Origin: Picochlorum sp. SENEW3
Lineage: Eukaryota
Direction: 5' to 3'
NCBI GenBank assembly: GCA_034226945.1
Contig: CP120464.1
Span: forward strand, 558,001-622,000
DNA length: 64,000 nt
The notes beneath the pieces are model-generated. The model saw nothing but the letters and a program-made list of their open reading frames with translations, was not told the DNA's origin and did not search any database. Below, one piece after another: positions 11,251-22,979 of the stretch (within the stretch, counting starts at the first letter, position 1; each line of letters starts with the position of its first letter). A program made the translations under genes and the position numbers.

Positions 11251-12828
11251 TTACACGTGAAGACCTGTGTCAAGCGAGAGATCCGCTAGCATCAATGGCA
11301 CATGTATGCACCATGGTGCTGCCTGTTGAGACATGCAGAGTCTAGCTTTTTGTAGTGGAGTGAAAACCGCATAGATGTTCTGGGCGAGCCCTAAGGCCAT
11401 CACTACCCGATTTTTCAATACAGCATCAATCTTTTGGCACAATGTATACATCCTGTTTGTATAGTGCATCAATCCATGCACACCTTGTGATTCAAGGACA
11501 TCAACCAGGGTGTCAACCAAGCTCTCAGATGTACACTTTGCAGTGCCATCCACCTCCTGACGCCCACAGCTTCGTGTAAGACAAAGCCACAAGGCTTGAT
11601 CAGATTCGTTGCAAAAGCTTCTGAATATTTTCCAATGCGAATAAAGGGATGCTATCTGGCTACTGGTGAGTTTCAGCTGTCTTACAATTGCCAATATGGA
11701 TACCTGACTCGCTTTCATGGAGCTACCAGGCAAAGAGCTTTGATGTAGAAGATCACCTATCCATCCATCAGTGACAAGCGACACGATGATGTTAGGCTCC
11801 TTTTCAGCCATTTCATCAACCACAAGAATCCTCTTGCTGAACAGAACCTTCATTTCTGTTTCTAGTACTTCTTGCTTCGCATCATCACCATTGCACTCAT
11901 CATATTTATTGATCAAGGTTTCGAGTTGGCGATGAAATCGCTGATACATAGAGTTAGAAGGAACTGTCTCCAGAATATTGGAGAACATATCCAGCATAGT
12001 GCTGACTGGAACATCTTTTTGTGCATGTTGGAAAGAAGACAGCACATCAGCATATAAAGGGTATACATTTGGATCCATCTTTGCCAAAAAGGTTTGAATA
12101 TTATTTTCAGCCCCCTCATCCAACTTACAGTCCATGTACTCTCTTTGAGTTCGACCCTTCAGCACATGGAATGATTCCTCACGACGCTTCAGCGTTGCCG
12201 TCAGGGAATCTTGTTTACTTTTCAATTCCATATTCTCTGTCTTGAGAGACTCGATGGCTTCCTTTGCAAGCTCGATTTCCTCCTGGAGTTTTTTCTCTCT
12301 TTGCTTCTTCCGAAGTCGGTACTGAAACTGTCTCGTGGCCTTCCTACTCCTTTTAGATTGTTGGTTGCCCGCCTGTTTTCTCTTTAAGTTACATTGAACT
12401 TTTTGGCCTCCAGTAATTTCCGGTGCCAAGCCACAGGCCATCTCTGGGGCGTGTTCCAGCATGGAGTCGAGGCACTGATCAGTTGCTTCCTGCAAGCTGG
12501 GCTTTGTTGAAGCAGAGGCTATCGTCATCTCAAATTCTTTAGGTAATAGACCTTCCAGAAAAGTTCCGTGCAGGCCAACATTGGGAGACTGCGAGGGATC
12601 TTTGGTCCCTTCCTGAGACCCTATCCCAGGCAGAGAATCTGGCTCCAAGAAACTGATAATATCAGCCCCATTGAGTTGCGGTACTCCAATTTCTACATTA
12701 TCATTCTTTGTACAAGAGGCAGCACCACGGCTTAAATGATCCCTGCTACTATGTACATCTAGAGGGAATTGGGACCGAGTGCTACGACCTAGGTCGACGT
12801 TCTCTCTCCCAGTCATATCATCCCACAA
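11251..12828 (-). CDS. bZIP-like transcription factor, diverged paralogue
   Basis: RKATRQFQYRLRKKQRE basic region and heptad zipper; shares LKLTSSQI, LESQGVHGLM and FTPLQKARLC blocks with 15332-16975. Confidence 0.7.
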   Translation of the reverse strand: MWDDMTGRENVDLGRSTRSQFPLDVHSSRDHLSRGAASCTKNDNVEIGVPQLNGADIISFLEPDSLPGIGSQEGTKDPSQSPNVGLHGTFLEGLLPKEFEMTIASASTKPSLQEATDQCLDSMLEHAPEMACGLAPEITGGQKVQCNLKRKQAGNQQSKRSRKATRQFQYRLRKKQREKKLQEEIELAKEAIESLKTENMELKSKQDSLTATLKRREESFHVLKGRTQREYMDCKLDEGAENNIQTFLAKMDPNVYPLYADVLSSFQHAQKDVPVSTMLDMFSNILETVPSNSMYQRFHRQLETLINKYDECNGDDAKQEVLETEMKVLFSKRILVVDEMAEKEPNIIVSLVTDGWIGDLLHQSSLPGSSMKASQVSILAIVRQLKLTSSQIASLYSHWKIFRSFCNESDQALWLCLTRSCGRQEVDGTAKCTSESLVDTLVDVLESQGVHGLMHYTNRMYTLCQKIDAVLKNRVVMALGLAQNIYAVFTPLQKARLCMSQQAAPWCIHVPLMLADLSLDTGLHV

Positions 12829-13337
12829 GATGTGGTTTGAACAAGCGATACTTCAACAAATATATAGGGAAAAATGGAAAAGACATAATCTTCAAGAACC
12901 CCAGGAAACCCCAGGGTAACCTCGTGCCACTGAGTGCGGCACGTAGTGTCATCTTCTCGATCGCCATATATGGCGTATATACGGCCTGCACCAACCCCCG
13001 GCCGGGTCTGTGGCCATCCGCTGGAGTCATCCACATGGATGAGTGCACCAGTATCCCCCTTCGTACAGAAATTTCACCGAGAGCATCATACAGTCATCTG
13101 CATGTCGCCTCTTACCTTCGGTCAACAACCTCCTTTGATAGGTGGTGGATCGTTTCAATACCGAAACAATAAAAGGACAAGGACCCATCAATCGAATATC
13201 GTTCCAAGCACCAAAACGTGCAACTGTATTTTAAAATACACCAACATAGAGCCATATAAGTTGGCCATGTGCTCCAAGTTGCCACGAAATTCACCCGAAA
13301 CAACTCTCTTTCTCAGGGAAAATGACCCTAGCAAGCC

Positions 13338-14957
13338 TTGGCCACGTATATATGCTATATAATGATGGGTGAGAATTCTAGACAAAACTACAGTAGTAGT
13401 AACAAAACCCACAGAAGAGGAGAGGAGGCAGTGTCTTTGCACAACATCATTCCAGTGCACATTCTTGGGGCTGAAGTGTTTTGTCATTTGAATGCGAGGG
13501 ATTCGTACGTGGCTCGGGCAGTATGTAAGGAGTGGAGGGAAACATTATCAACGTGCTGCGACTGGAAGAAGCATTATGCGTCGTTGTGGAAGATGCCGAT
13601 AGAGAGGAGCCTGTATGCTGTGCACCAAGGTGACATGAGTACAAAGATTGGGGATGGAGCCTTTTGGAGGGAATTGTTTGACTACAAGTATAGGCAGATG
13701 ATGGGTTTGTACTATAGACCAGAGAGATGTACATTATATGGGCATTCGTCGGGGGTGAAGGCTGTAAAGTTGTGCCCAGGGTATGATAAATTGTTGACTG
13801 GGAGTGTTGATCGGAGAATGATTTGTTGGGATGCACAGTATTTTTCATATTGTGGCGTTAGTGAGAGTCATGGTGGGACCGTTCGAAGTATTGCATTAGA
13901 TGATGAGGTTCTTGTGACTGGGTCCACGGATCACAGGATTCGAGTGTGGAGGAAGAGAAGGGATGAGCAGAATGCCTCTCCTCTCCTGCCAAGGGGTGAT
14001 GAGAGGCAGCGTCTTGTACGGGATGATTGGGACGCCATGGTGATGCGGGATACTGATAGTAAGATGTCTGAGATATTTTCAGATTCCAAGCCCCACAGTC
14101 GTCAGAGTCTGAATTCCGATTTTCCCTTTGACATTGCATCAAACGATGATCGAGAGGTATTGGTCAGTGGGCACTCTGGGCCTGTTTCATGTCTGGCTTT
14201 GACTGATGCAGCCATTTTCTCAGGATCTTGGGATTATAGTGTCCGAGTGTGGGATAAGCATGATCTTCATGATATCCACTGTGTTCAAGTACTTCATTTT
14301 GATGATTGGGTGTTGGATATGAAGAGAACACGGAATCACGAGAGGTTGCATGTGGCTTCTGGTTTTAACATTCACCAGGTGGATCTAGGCAAAGGGGAAG
14401 CGCGTGTTATTGGGAGTATGAAGCATGACGTGGCGAATGAAACCGCTCCTGTTACGTCTTTGGTCAATTCAGAGGATGGACATTCGGTGTATTATGGATC
14501 TGGTGATGGGTACATTTACAGTCTTGATATGAGATGTCGTCATCAGAGAAGTGTACCTCCATTCGATTGCTCGCTGCTCGCTGGCTCAGGAAGGGGTGGA
14601 AGGAACACATTAAATCGCACATCTGTGACGGGAATTTCATTTGAATATCCATGGATAGCATCTTCAATGAATACTGGTGAAGTCATCTTGCTCAACATAG
14701 AGGACATGGTCAGAGGCACAAATTCAAAGAAAGGCACCTCGCGAGTGTTGCGGCATGGGAGCGGTATTGGAGCGCACTGTGTCGATATTGCTGAAGCTAG
14801 AATCGCCGCTGGTTTTGAGGACGGGACTGTGTTGACCTGGGACTTCTCCAGGGCCGAGGAAGCAGCTCACAAACTGGTAATGGTTCGGCAGAGGAAAAGG
14901 GATGCAAAACAACAGAGAAGAAAGCAAATAGCTTCTTCTACTTCAAGAAGATCGTAG
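13338..14957 (+). CDS. F-box/WD40-repeat protein
   Basis: F-box-like IPVHILGAEVFCHL...VCKEW; several GH...WD repeats (GHSSGV, GHSGPV...SGSWDYSVRVWD). Confidence 0.85.
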   Translation: MATYICYIMMGENSRQNYSSSNKTHRRGEEAVSLHNIIPVHILGAEVFCHLNARDSYVARAVCKEWRETLSTCCDWKKHYASLWKMPIERSLYAVHQGDMSTKIGDGAFWRELFDYKYRQMMGLYYRPERCTLYGHSSGVKAVKLCPGYDKLLTGSVDRRMICWDAQYFSYCGVSESHGGTVRSIALDDEVLVTGSTDHRIRVWRKRRDEQNASPLLPRGDERQRLVRDDWDAMVMRDTDSKMSEIFSDSKPHSRQSLNSDFPFDIASNDDREVLVSGHSGPVSCLALTDAAIFSGSWDYSVRVWDKHDLHDIHCVQVLHFDDWVLDMKRTRNHERLHVASGFNIHQVDLGKGEARVIGSMKHDVANETAPVTSLVNSEDGHSVYYGSGDGYIYSLDMRCRHQRSVPPFDCSLLAGSGRGGRNTLNRTSVTGISFEYPWIASSMNTGEVILLNIEDMVRGTNSKKGTSRVLRHGSGIGAHCVDIAEARIAAGFEDGTVLTWDFSRAEEAAHKLVMVRQRKRDAKQQRRKQIASSTSRRS

Positions 14958-15224
14958 AGTATGTCACAATGTATTGTATTTATTTGATTCAATTGTTGTT
15001 GTTGTCGCTATCATCACTATCTTTATCCTCGCTCTCATTGTCCTTGTTGACAGACTCTGGCAACAGTTTGAGGAAGGGTAACGGAGCGAGGGTCAATAAT
15101 GTGCACAGCGCAATCAGTGGAGCCAGGTTATCAAATGATTCCGCTGTGACACCGAACAGACCGGTCAAGCCTGATCCAAGGGCTGATCCCAAGAATGATC
15201 CACCATTCAACAGACTCATGAGTG
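14791..15224. repeat. 434-bp direct repeat, copy A (WD40 3' end plus a fragment of the BT1 3' end)
   Basis: Matches 17621-18054 (offset 2830); I found two substitutions by eye (15068, 15199). Confidence 0.95.
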
Positions 15225-15331
15225 CAAACGATGTCGTGTTACGCGCCCTCCAAGCGTAATCCAATCAAATTCGCATGGCCTACTGCCACACTGCATCCAA
15301 TGTTTTCAAACTATTGGCATGTAAAACTTTG

Positions 15332-16975
15332 TTAGATAAACTGGTTCCCGATTAGCATGCCTTTGTCGAGCAGGATATTTGTTGGCATCAACAGGACATG
15401 CATCCACCAGGGAGCTCTCCTTTGAGAAACACAAAGTCTTGCTTTCTGAAGTGGAGTAAAGACCGAGTATATCTTCTCAGCAAGATGTAAGACTGATCGG
15501 CCAGCACTCTTTGATACATCCTCGAGGTCCTGTCGCACTGGATGCATGACAAATGCCTCGCGCATCAAACCATGCATACCCTGGGTCTCCAAGACATCAA
15601 TATTGGTGTCAACAGTAAACCCACCAGGTGTGACCCGCTCGGTACAATGCATTGCCGCAAGGCTGGAGTTCGGTAGTAATAACTGATGTAGAGCATCAGC
15701 TGACTTGATCCAGGCACCACAGAACAATTCCCAATAATCACAGAGGCTCATAATCTGGCTGTTGTTAAGTTGGAGTGTCTTCACGAGCTCCAATATTGAT
15801 GACTGATCGATCCTTGCTGGATCATCTGGCACAACACATTGACGCAGCATCTTACCCACTGGATCATCACTGAGATGCGACAAGATGCCTTCAGGCTGAT
15901 TCTTAGCCATGTCAGCAACAACCTCTGCTCTCATGCTAAAGAGATCTTTCATTCCCATCTCCACCTCGCCCTGCTTCTCAGGGTCATCTCTGCATGCTTC
16001 ATATGCATCAACAAGGCTTGACGCCTGTCTGCGGAATAGATTATACACGGAGGTAGGTGGAACTGTCTTCAGGACATTACAAAACATGCCCATCATTGTA
16101 TCAGGCATGTTGCCATCTGTCTCAGCATTGGCCGCTTGCACAGACGGTGAACCATCGGCATATGAGATACCGATATTTGCATGTTTGTCCTCCAAAAATA
16201 CATGAATGTCAGGTATCGCTCTCGTATCCAATGAAGGCTCAACTTGCTCACATTCAGATTGATCCCGCAGCATGGTGTATGCTTCCTGACTATATTCCAG
16301 CGTTGACACGATTGCATGCTGCTTGCTCCTCAGCTCTGTGTTTTGCTTTTTGGTCGATCCGATGGCTTTCTTCAGATCCGTAATCTCGGTTTTGATCCTC
16401 TTCTCTTGCTGCCTCTTCCTTTCACGGTACCTGCGCTGCCTCACAGCATTCTGATTATCTCGAGCATGTTTATTGGAGCTTTGTTTGCCCTTTTCACTCC
16501 TTGAATCACCAGAAATTACAGTCTTAGGACAATGGTCTAGGACTCCTGTAATCGTAGCACTTGTTGAGCCGTGATGCTGACTTGGGGTGCAGCCATGCCC
16601 CTGGGTGGCTGCTTCTTGCAATGCGGCTTTTGTCGGAACGCATAGCAGAGCAGGGTCCATGTCAAGGCACAGATCATCTCCCAAGCCTTTTATTGCGCCA
16701 ATGTCACCAAAATTGAGGCAATCTTCTGCACTGCCTGGTTGTGCCTCCATCCCAAGCAGAGAAGCTGTCTCCAGGGTATGGGCATCAAACTCAAACCCAC
16801 ACGACTGCGTCGCATGAACATCGATATAATCAGGATTTGGGGTAGAAATATCAATGTGGCTTGCCAAACCGCTGGAGATGTGGCCTTCGAGCAACCTGCC
16901 ACCGCTGGCGTCGACGTCTTGTGTGCCACTTGTAGTACCAAGTTTCTGCCTTTCTCGCGGAGGGGAACGTTCCAT
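15332..16975 (-). CDS. bZIP-like transcription factor, copy 2 (full length)
   Basis: Basic region plus zipper. The C-terminal FTPLQKARLC motif is reminiscent of the TGA/DOG1-type helical domain (inference). Confidence 0.72.
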   Translation of the reverse strand: MERSPPRERQKLGTTSGTQDVDASGGRLLEGHISSGLASHIDISTPNPDYIDVHATQSCGFEFDAHTLETASLLGMEAQPGSAEDCLNFGDIGAIKGLGDDLCLDMDPALLCVPTKAALQEAATQGHGCTPSQHHGSTSATITGVLDHCPKTVISGDSRSEKGKQSSNKHARDNQNAVRQRRYRERKRQQEKRIKTEITDLKKAIGSTKKQNTELRSKQHAIVSTLEYSQEAYTMLRDQSECEQVEPSLDTRAIPDIHVFLEDKHANIGISYADGSPSVQAANAETDGNMPDTMMGMFCNVLKTVPPTSVYNLFRRQASSLVDAYEACRDDPEKQGEVEMGMKDLFSMRAEVVADMAKNQPEGILSHLSDDPVGKMLRQCVVPDDPARIDQSSILELVKTLQLNNSQIMSLCDYWELFCGAWIKSADALHQLLLPNSSLAAMHCTERVTPGGFTVDTNIDVLETQGMHGLMREAFVMHPVRQDLEDVSKSAGRSVLHLAEKIYSVFTPLQKARLCVSQRRAPWWMHVLLMPTNILLDKGMLIGNQFI

Positions 16976-17620
16976 GAATTGTTGTGTTCAATAAGTAACA
17001 ATGATCGTATTTATTCTTGCCTACCGGGTCTTAAGGACAACCTCGTAATGTTGTTCCCGGCTAGTGTATACGATGAGTCATCCTGGGACAATCGTGCCGT
17101 CATCCATCTGGCGAGATCTTCATATACCAAGTCCCCTTGTTGCATAATTTCAGTGGGAACCAACGGAGCCGATCTATTGACTGGGATCCAGCGCATTTTT
17201 TGATATGTATACCACTGTGCAACATACCAGCCGAATCTTGATGCACGTCTTCAAGATACGCTGTTACAGATAGAAACATCAAAAATGCACACAGAAGAAG
17301 ATATCTGATGTATCCTCTCTCCACACTATGCCCTTTACACGTGGGGTTGTTCTAGAACAGCAGATCTGCATTGGTAGAAAAAAACTAGAATTTTTAGCTT
17401 GTTTCCCAAGCATAACCGGTGGCAAGCACTTTGCCTAGCATTCTCTAATGAATTAAACTATGTTTTAAAATGTCCTCAATCTGTATACTACTACTGTACG
17501 TTTTTCCGGAGTGTTGAGTGCATCAATTTGCAGCAAAAAACTCTAAACGGATGTTTGTGCATGTGGACAGTGAAGCTCCCGCCGTTCACTGAGATATTGG
17601 GGAATGACCGCTTGATATCA

Positions 17621-18054
17621 CTGAAGCTAGAATCGCCGCTGGTTTTGAGGACGGGACTGTGTTGACCTGGGACTTCTCCAGGGCCGAGGAAGCAGCTCAC
17701 AAACTGGTAATGGTTCGGCAGAGGAAAAGGGATGCAAAACAACAGAGAAGAAAGCAAATAGCTTCTTCTACTTCAAGAAGATCGTAGAGTATGTCACAAT
17801 GTATTGTATTTATTTGATTCAATTGTTGTTGTTGTCGCTATCATCACTATCTTTATCCTCGCTCTCATTGTCCTTGTTGACAGACTCTGGCAACAGTCTG
17901 AGGAAGGGTAACGGAGCGAGGGTCAATAATGTGCACAGCGCAATCAGTGGAGCCAGGTTATCAAATGATTCCGCTGTGACACCGAACAGACCGGTCAAGC
18001 CTGATCCAAGGGCTGATCCCAAGAATGACCCACCATTCAACAGACTCATGAGTG
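17621..18054. repeat. 434-bp direct repeat, copy B
   Basis: Near-identical to 14791-15224. Here the BT1 part belongs to the intact gene and the WD40 part is an orphan fragment. Confidence 0.95.
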
Positions 18055-19447
18055 TTGCAAACAATGTAGCCTCTACGCCCTCCGGACACAGCCTGGCGGC
18101 AAGAACAAGCACCGGCATGAAACTCACCTGCCCCAACACAGTGAGTAGGGCAGAATCCGACAAAGCAAAGAGTTCGTTGCTGATGCCCAATGTTCTATTC
18201 ACGCCCGTTATCAGCATGAGCTGGGTCATACCCAGCCCTGTTCCAAGGACAGCGGTCCATAAGAAGATCTTTTTCAGATCCACATCCTTTAAAAATGAGT
18301 TGTATACCCCCACTCCAATCAATGAAGCAATGCTTGCCAGCAATCTAATTCTACCAAGAAATTCAGTTGAAAATCCCAACTCGTTTGTTTCAAAATACAA
18401 CATTGCTGTATCAGCAGTCGGAGTCGCTTGCCATAAGAACACAAATATCGCAGGATACAGAATTGATTTCTGACTGATGGCATCCCAGAGCGCCACGGCT
18501 TGATTCTTCAATGCAGGTACAAGTGATTTGATTGGATCCTGTGTGTCTATCACTTTACTTTCAATCCTCTTTTCCGGGATAACTGTAGCTGCAACGGTTA
18601 CCAACAACGGAAAGCACGCTGTTAATAAAAATACTGGCCTTGGACCATATAACTGCACCAGTGATCCACTGAAATAGGCACTCAGAATAGATCCAGTGGA
18701 TTGAGATGCCCAACAAAGAGACTGCAACGACCCCGCAGTGCTCTGTGGCCCACCTCGGGATAGCTCGACCACTATAGAATCTGCAACGACATCTGCACAG
18801 GCAGTTGACAGCGATCCACACGTCAATGCAAAGACAATTACTGGACATGACACCACTGGCCCTGACACGACCAACCAGGATGCAGCACCGAGAGCCCCAC
18901 ACAAAATCAAATACGAGCGCCTTTTATACCCTCCTATTGGAACCGAATCTGACAAGAATCCATACACGGGTTTGATTACCCATGGAATCATTGTCGCTCC
19001 TGTCAGGATGCCCACAGTAGCTGGTGACATGTGCAACTCATCTTTGAACAATGTAAATACTGCTAAACGACTCAGCCCTAGTAATCCCTGAACCAAGTAT
19101 ACCAATGAAATTGCAACTAACTCTAACTCAGGTCGAGTGAAGAAATCCGACGCAGATTTCCCCCAGAGATAGCGATTGACCCTCAGGGACTGCAACACCT
19201 TTTGGCCTTTGCTAGACCTCTTTGGCACAGAAATGTGACTTGTATTCGCTCCTTCATCCACTACATCAGCCTGTCCTATTTTATTTATCACGTTAGGCAT
19301 ACCACGCCGTCTTGTTGCGCGAGATGACATGTAACGAGCGTTTCTATGGCTTTTGCTTGACAAGGAAAGTTTTGCAAGAGTAAAACGACCTTGACCAACG
19401 CTGTTGGGATCCGTATGCGCTCTAACAATATTTTGATGGAATATCAT
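17819..19447 (-). CDS. Folate-biopterin transporter (BT1 family, MFS), probably plastid
   Basis: PWVIKPVYGFLSD, DVVADSIVVE, LCPEGVEATLFATLMS; many TM helices. Confidence 0.93.
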   Translation of the reverse strand: MIFHQNIVRAHTDPNSVGQGRFTLAKLSLSSKSHRNARYMSSRATRRRGMPNVINKIGQADVVDEGANTSHISVPKRSSKGQKVLQSLRVNRYLWGKSASDFFTRPELELVAISLVYLVQGLLGLSRLAVFTLFKDELHMSPATVGILTGATMIPWVIKPVYGFLSDSVPIGGYKRRSYLILCGALGAASWLVVSGPVVSCPVIVFALTCGSLSTACADVVADSIVVELSRGGPQSTAGSLQSLCWASQSTGSILSAYFSGSLVQLYGPRPVFLLTACFPLLVTVAATVIPEKRIESKVIDTQDPIKSLVPALKNQAVALWDAISQKSILYPAIFVFLWQATPTADTAMLYFETNELGFSTEFLGRIRLLASIASLIGVGVYNSFLKDVDLKKIFLWTAVLGTGLGMTQLMLITGVNRTLGISNELFALSDSALLTVLGQVSFMPVLVLAARLCPEGVEATLFATLMSLLNGGSFLGSALGSGLTGLFGVTAESFDNLAPLIALCTLLTLAPLPFLRLLPESVNKDNESEDKDSDDSDNNNN

Positions 19448-19924
19448 GCAAAGTGATTAGGAAACAGATCACACCAAGAAGACAAGAGGAGATTTCAACC
19501 AATCAAACAACCAACTACACATGTGAGAGCTTTGTGGCTGAAGCATTCATGAATACATCAGCGTTTGAAAATACATAAATACTACACTGATCATTAAGTC
19601 GGCATGAACGAGGGTGATGAATGGCTATGTAGACCTCTTTTTTGGAATGGTCATTGCAGATCCTGTACCAGTGTTGGAGGGTGGTTGTTGATGGCCATTT
19701 TCAGCACTGCATTGGGCACAGTGGCTGTTTAAAATATTGAGAGATTCATATATTTACATAGCATAGGGAGTTTCTGTCATAATGCTTTGATCAGTGGTGT
19801 TGGGTGAACTTGTTTGTCGCATGCCATGCAAAGAAGATTCCTTGTCGCCATTAATTGCCACGAAAGCCAGACATTTTACCCATAGACAGGTGCTGATGAT
19901 ATAATTTTATATCTATTTAATGCG

Positions 19925-22764
19925 ATGGTAAAGTCTAAAAGGAAAGGTTCAGGGAACGGGAGTGTAGGGAGTAGGAAGAAAAAGGTTTGTGTGCTGCCTT
20001 CTGGGTTGTCTATTGCGTGCTGACGGGTGATTCGAAATGCATATTTGTGTAGAAGTCGATATTGAAGGTGCCTTTGCCTGAAGAAGATGTGTTGGGGCTG
20101 GATTCTGACGCTTCAGATGTTGGGGAGGATGAGCTTGCTGAGGAGGATTTGGAGTTGTTGGAAGCCTCTGCTGGCGAACTAGAATTTTTGAGTCGGTTGC
20201 CCCGGAAGGAAATAGATAAATCGGTGTCAGAAACAAGAAAGAAACAGTCTCTCCCTCGCCATTCCTTGGAGCAAGGAGACCCACGGGACCAGGCATTGCC
20301 AGAAAGCAGCAAAGAAGAAGAAGACATTGAGGATGACGGTGAGGCATGGGAACGTGGACCACGAAAGCTTGAGCCATCGAAAAAGGAGAAAAAAGCGAAA
20401 GGGAAATCGTTGCCAATCAAATCTCTGGATGGCAAAATGGTGCAGCATCCTGATGGTACTTCAGGTCAGGATTTTGAAGCTGATGACATGATGTTTGAAG
20501 GTGTTACGGTCCTTGATGATGGAACATCGAGCAAGAAAGAAGAAGAAAGGATTGCTGATGAAGTGAAGCGTCAGAAAGAAAGAGAATTACAGCGGATTGA
20601 GAAGGAGAAAGAGAAGGCAGCTGCGATATTGAAAAAGCAGCAGGAAGCGCAGCAAGCACTGTTGGATGAGAAGAATAAAGAGAGAAAATTCAAAGACCAA
20701 GCGTTAGAGTCCTTAACGGGATGTACATCAAAATCAGAGAGGAGAGAAAAGGCTAAATACGTGATTGCAAAAGCATCACAATCTCTTTTAGCTGCTCCAG
20801 AGACACAGCTCAAGAAACAGATACCCATCTTGTTGGAGCTGATCGGTGATTACGATTCCTACGTCTCCAAACTTTCAATCTTAAGTATGCTTGCAATTAT
20901 GAGGGATCTCATTCCAGCGTATAGAATCCGACCCATCCACGAGCGAGAAAAGGAGGACATTATCCAATCTAAAGAAGTCAGGGAGTTGTGGGATTACGAG
21001 AACATTCTCCTGAAATCCTACCAGTCGTATTTGAAAGTCCTATTGAAGGCTTTCAAGAATCAAAAAAGTGGAACCAAGTCAGCACTGATGCTGAGCAAGG
21101 TTGCTGCGAAATGCCTGTCATCTTTGGTAGTTTCTGCTCCGCATTTCAATTTTTCTGGAGACATTCTCCAGGTGATCATCCCAGGGATTGCAAACAAGGA
21201 AGCTGATATTAGGGAGATGTGTTCAAATGCAATTACAACGCTAGTTAAAAGTGCTCTCCATTCGGCCGATAGTGGCCAATGTGCAGTTGAAGCGACACAA
21301 CTCTTGGCTGATTTTGTCAAGAGAAGAAAGTGCACTGGGCTGCCCCCTCACGTTGTCGCGTGCTTACTAGACTTTGAATTTCCTGATATCACATCAGCTG
21401 ATGATCTTGAAAAAGCTTCCAGAAGTAGGAAAGCGAAGAAGAAGAAGAAGAAGAAGACCAATGACGACGTAAGCAAAGCATTCAAGGAGGCCCAAGCAGT
21501 GATCGATAAGGACACAAGGCTGCATCAGCAGTCGGCTGTCCTTGAGGCCATGTTTGAGATATATTTTAGAGTACTAAAGACAGCAGAGGGATCTCTTAGA
21601 GGAATCCAAGCTTCCCATGGCAATAGTGCAGCACCTGCATCGTGGTCATCCAACAAGTTTGCAAAGAGATTTCCACTCATGACGCCAACATTACACGGAT
21701 TGGCCAAATTTTCTCACCTCATTAGGTGCGTCCAGCAATTGTGTTTCGTACTCTGCGTTCAGATCTAATACATACTGTCTTTTGTTCAATGCAGTGTTGA
21801 TTACTTCAACGACCTCATCGTGACGCTGGAGAACATTGTAGAACAGCCAGCTGTTCCCCATGACATTCGCTGTAGGTGTCTTCTGACAGCCTCTCAGATT
21901 TCTAAAGGACAAGGAGAATCCTTGAACATAGACCGAGCAGCGCTGTATACAGCGCTATACAAGGCCATGTATTCAACGACCACCATTCCAATGGAGGAAG
22001 AGGATCCCAAACTTCCTGGAGTCCTAACAGCAGAAAGAATGCACCAATGCTTGCCGCCTTCCATTATCAATCAACCCAAGCGCTCGATCGAAGATTCGTC
22101 ACAATACCTTGTATCAAAAATTCTAGAGGATATGCTTTTAGATTCTCAAAAGTCATTGGATATCCACAGACAAGCCGCCTTTACAAAGAGAACAGCAACA
22201 ATTGCCCTGCATACCACAGACAGCGGCCTCGCCCTGGCCATGCTCTTCGTAATCTATAGGATGATGAAGCGATATCCAAAACTTAGAATCATGCTTGAGG
22301 ATGACGAAGGATCTGGACCATCAAGCACATACTATGGCTCGATTGTTTCCAAGAAGAATAGCAGTAAAACATCAGTGGAGTATGCCAATGAAGACCCATC
22401 CCTCCACACTGGGGCCCTATACACTCCATTGTGGGAACTTGCCATCCTGGCCAATCACCATGCAAACCCAGGAGTTCGGCGAGCTGCAAGCTTTGTCTCT
22501 GCTATGAATGTATCGGCTGCCCAAGCTGCAGCATCTGGGCACACAGGAGAAGGGGGAGTGGCATCCTTGCCAAGCATATTCCAGACACCGGGTACAACAC
22601 TGTCACCATCTGCGGTGGCGTTGTCCAACTCGACGCAGCTAGGCTCCTTTCATCCCTCAGTTCAAGGTCGTAGGACTTTCAAGCGGTCCAAGACGACCAC
22701 ACTGCGTGAAAGGTCGCCGAATCGATGGGTGGGCTTTTTAGATGTGAATGCACCTGGCTTGTAA
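19925..22764 (+). CDS. NOC3: Nucleolar complex protein 3
   Basis: LPIKS, DLIPAYRIR, PHFNF, FEIYFRVLK, HLI-S-VDYFNDL across intron 21726-21794, LWEL...HH.NP. First intron 19985-20052. Confidence 0.9.
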
Positions 22765-22849
22765 AAGATTGATTGTCATATCCCATCAACGTGTACACTG
22801 AAACGGGTATTCCTATCCACGTCACTATGGTGGCGCCCTCTGGTCGTTG

Positions 22850-22905
22850 CTTCTAGAACATTCTCCATGCAACCGTGGGCGGCATGGAATCAAACATGGT
22901 ATAAA
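22850..22905 (+). promoter_or_regulatory. Heat-shock element and TATA box of HSP70
   Basis: cTTCtaGAAcaTTCt (22850-22864) is a perfect three-unit HSE; TATAAA at 22900-22905; ATG at 22980. Confidence 0.8.
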
Positions 22906-22979
22906 TGCTGCACACCAGCCCAAACGCTCTCAGATCAATAATATTATAACTAGATATTGATACTTGATTGATAACAACA

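Noticed and set aside
14989..15264. 91-aa ORF resembling the BT1 C-terminus
   Set aside because: It is the duplicated fragment within the 434-bp repeat, not an independent gene.
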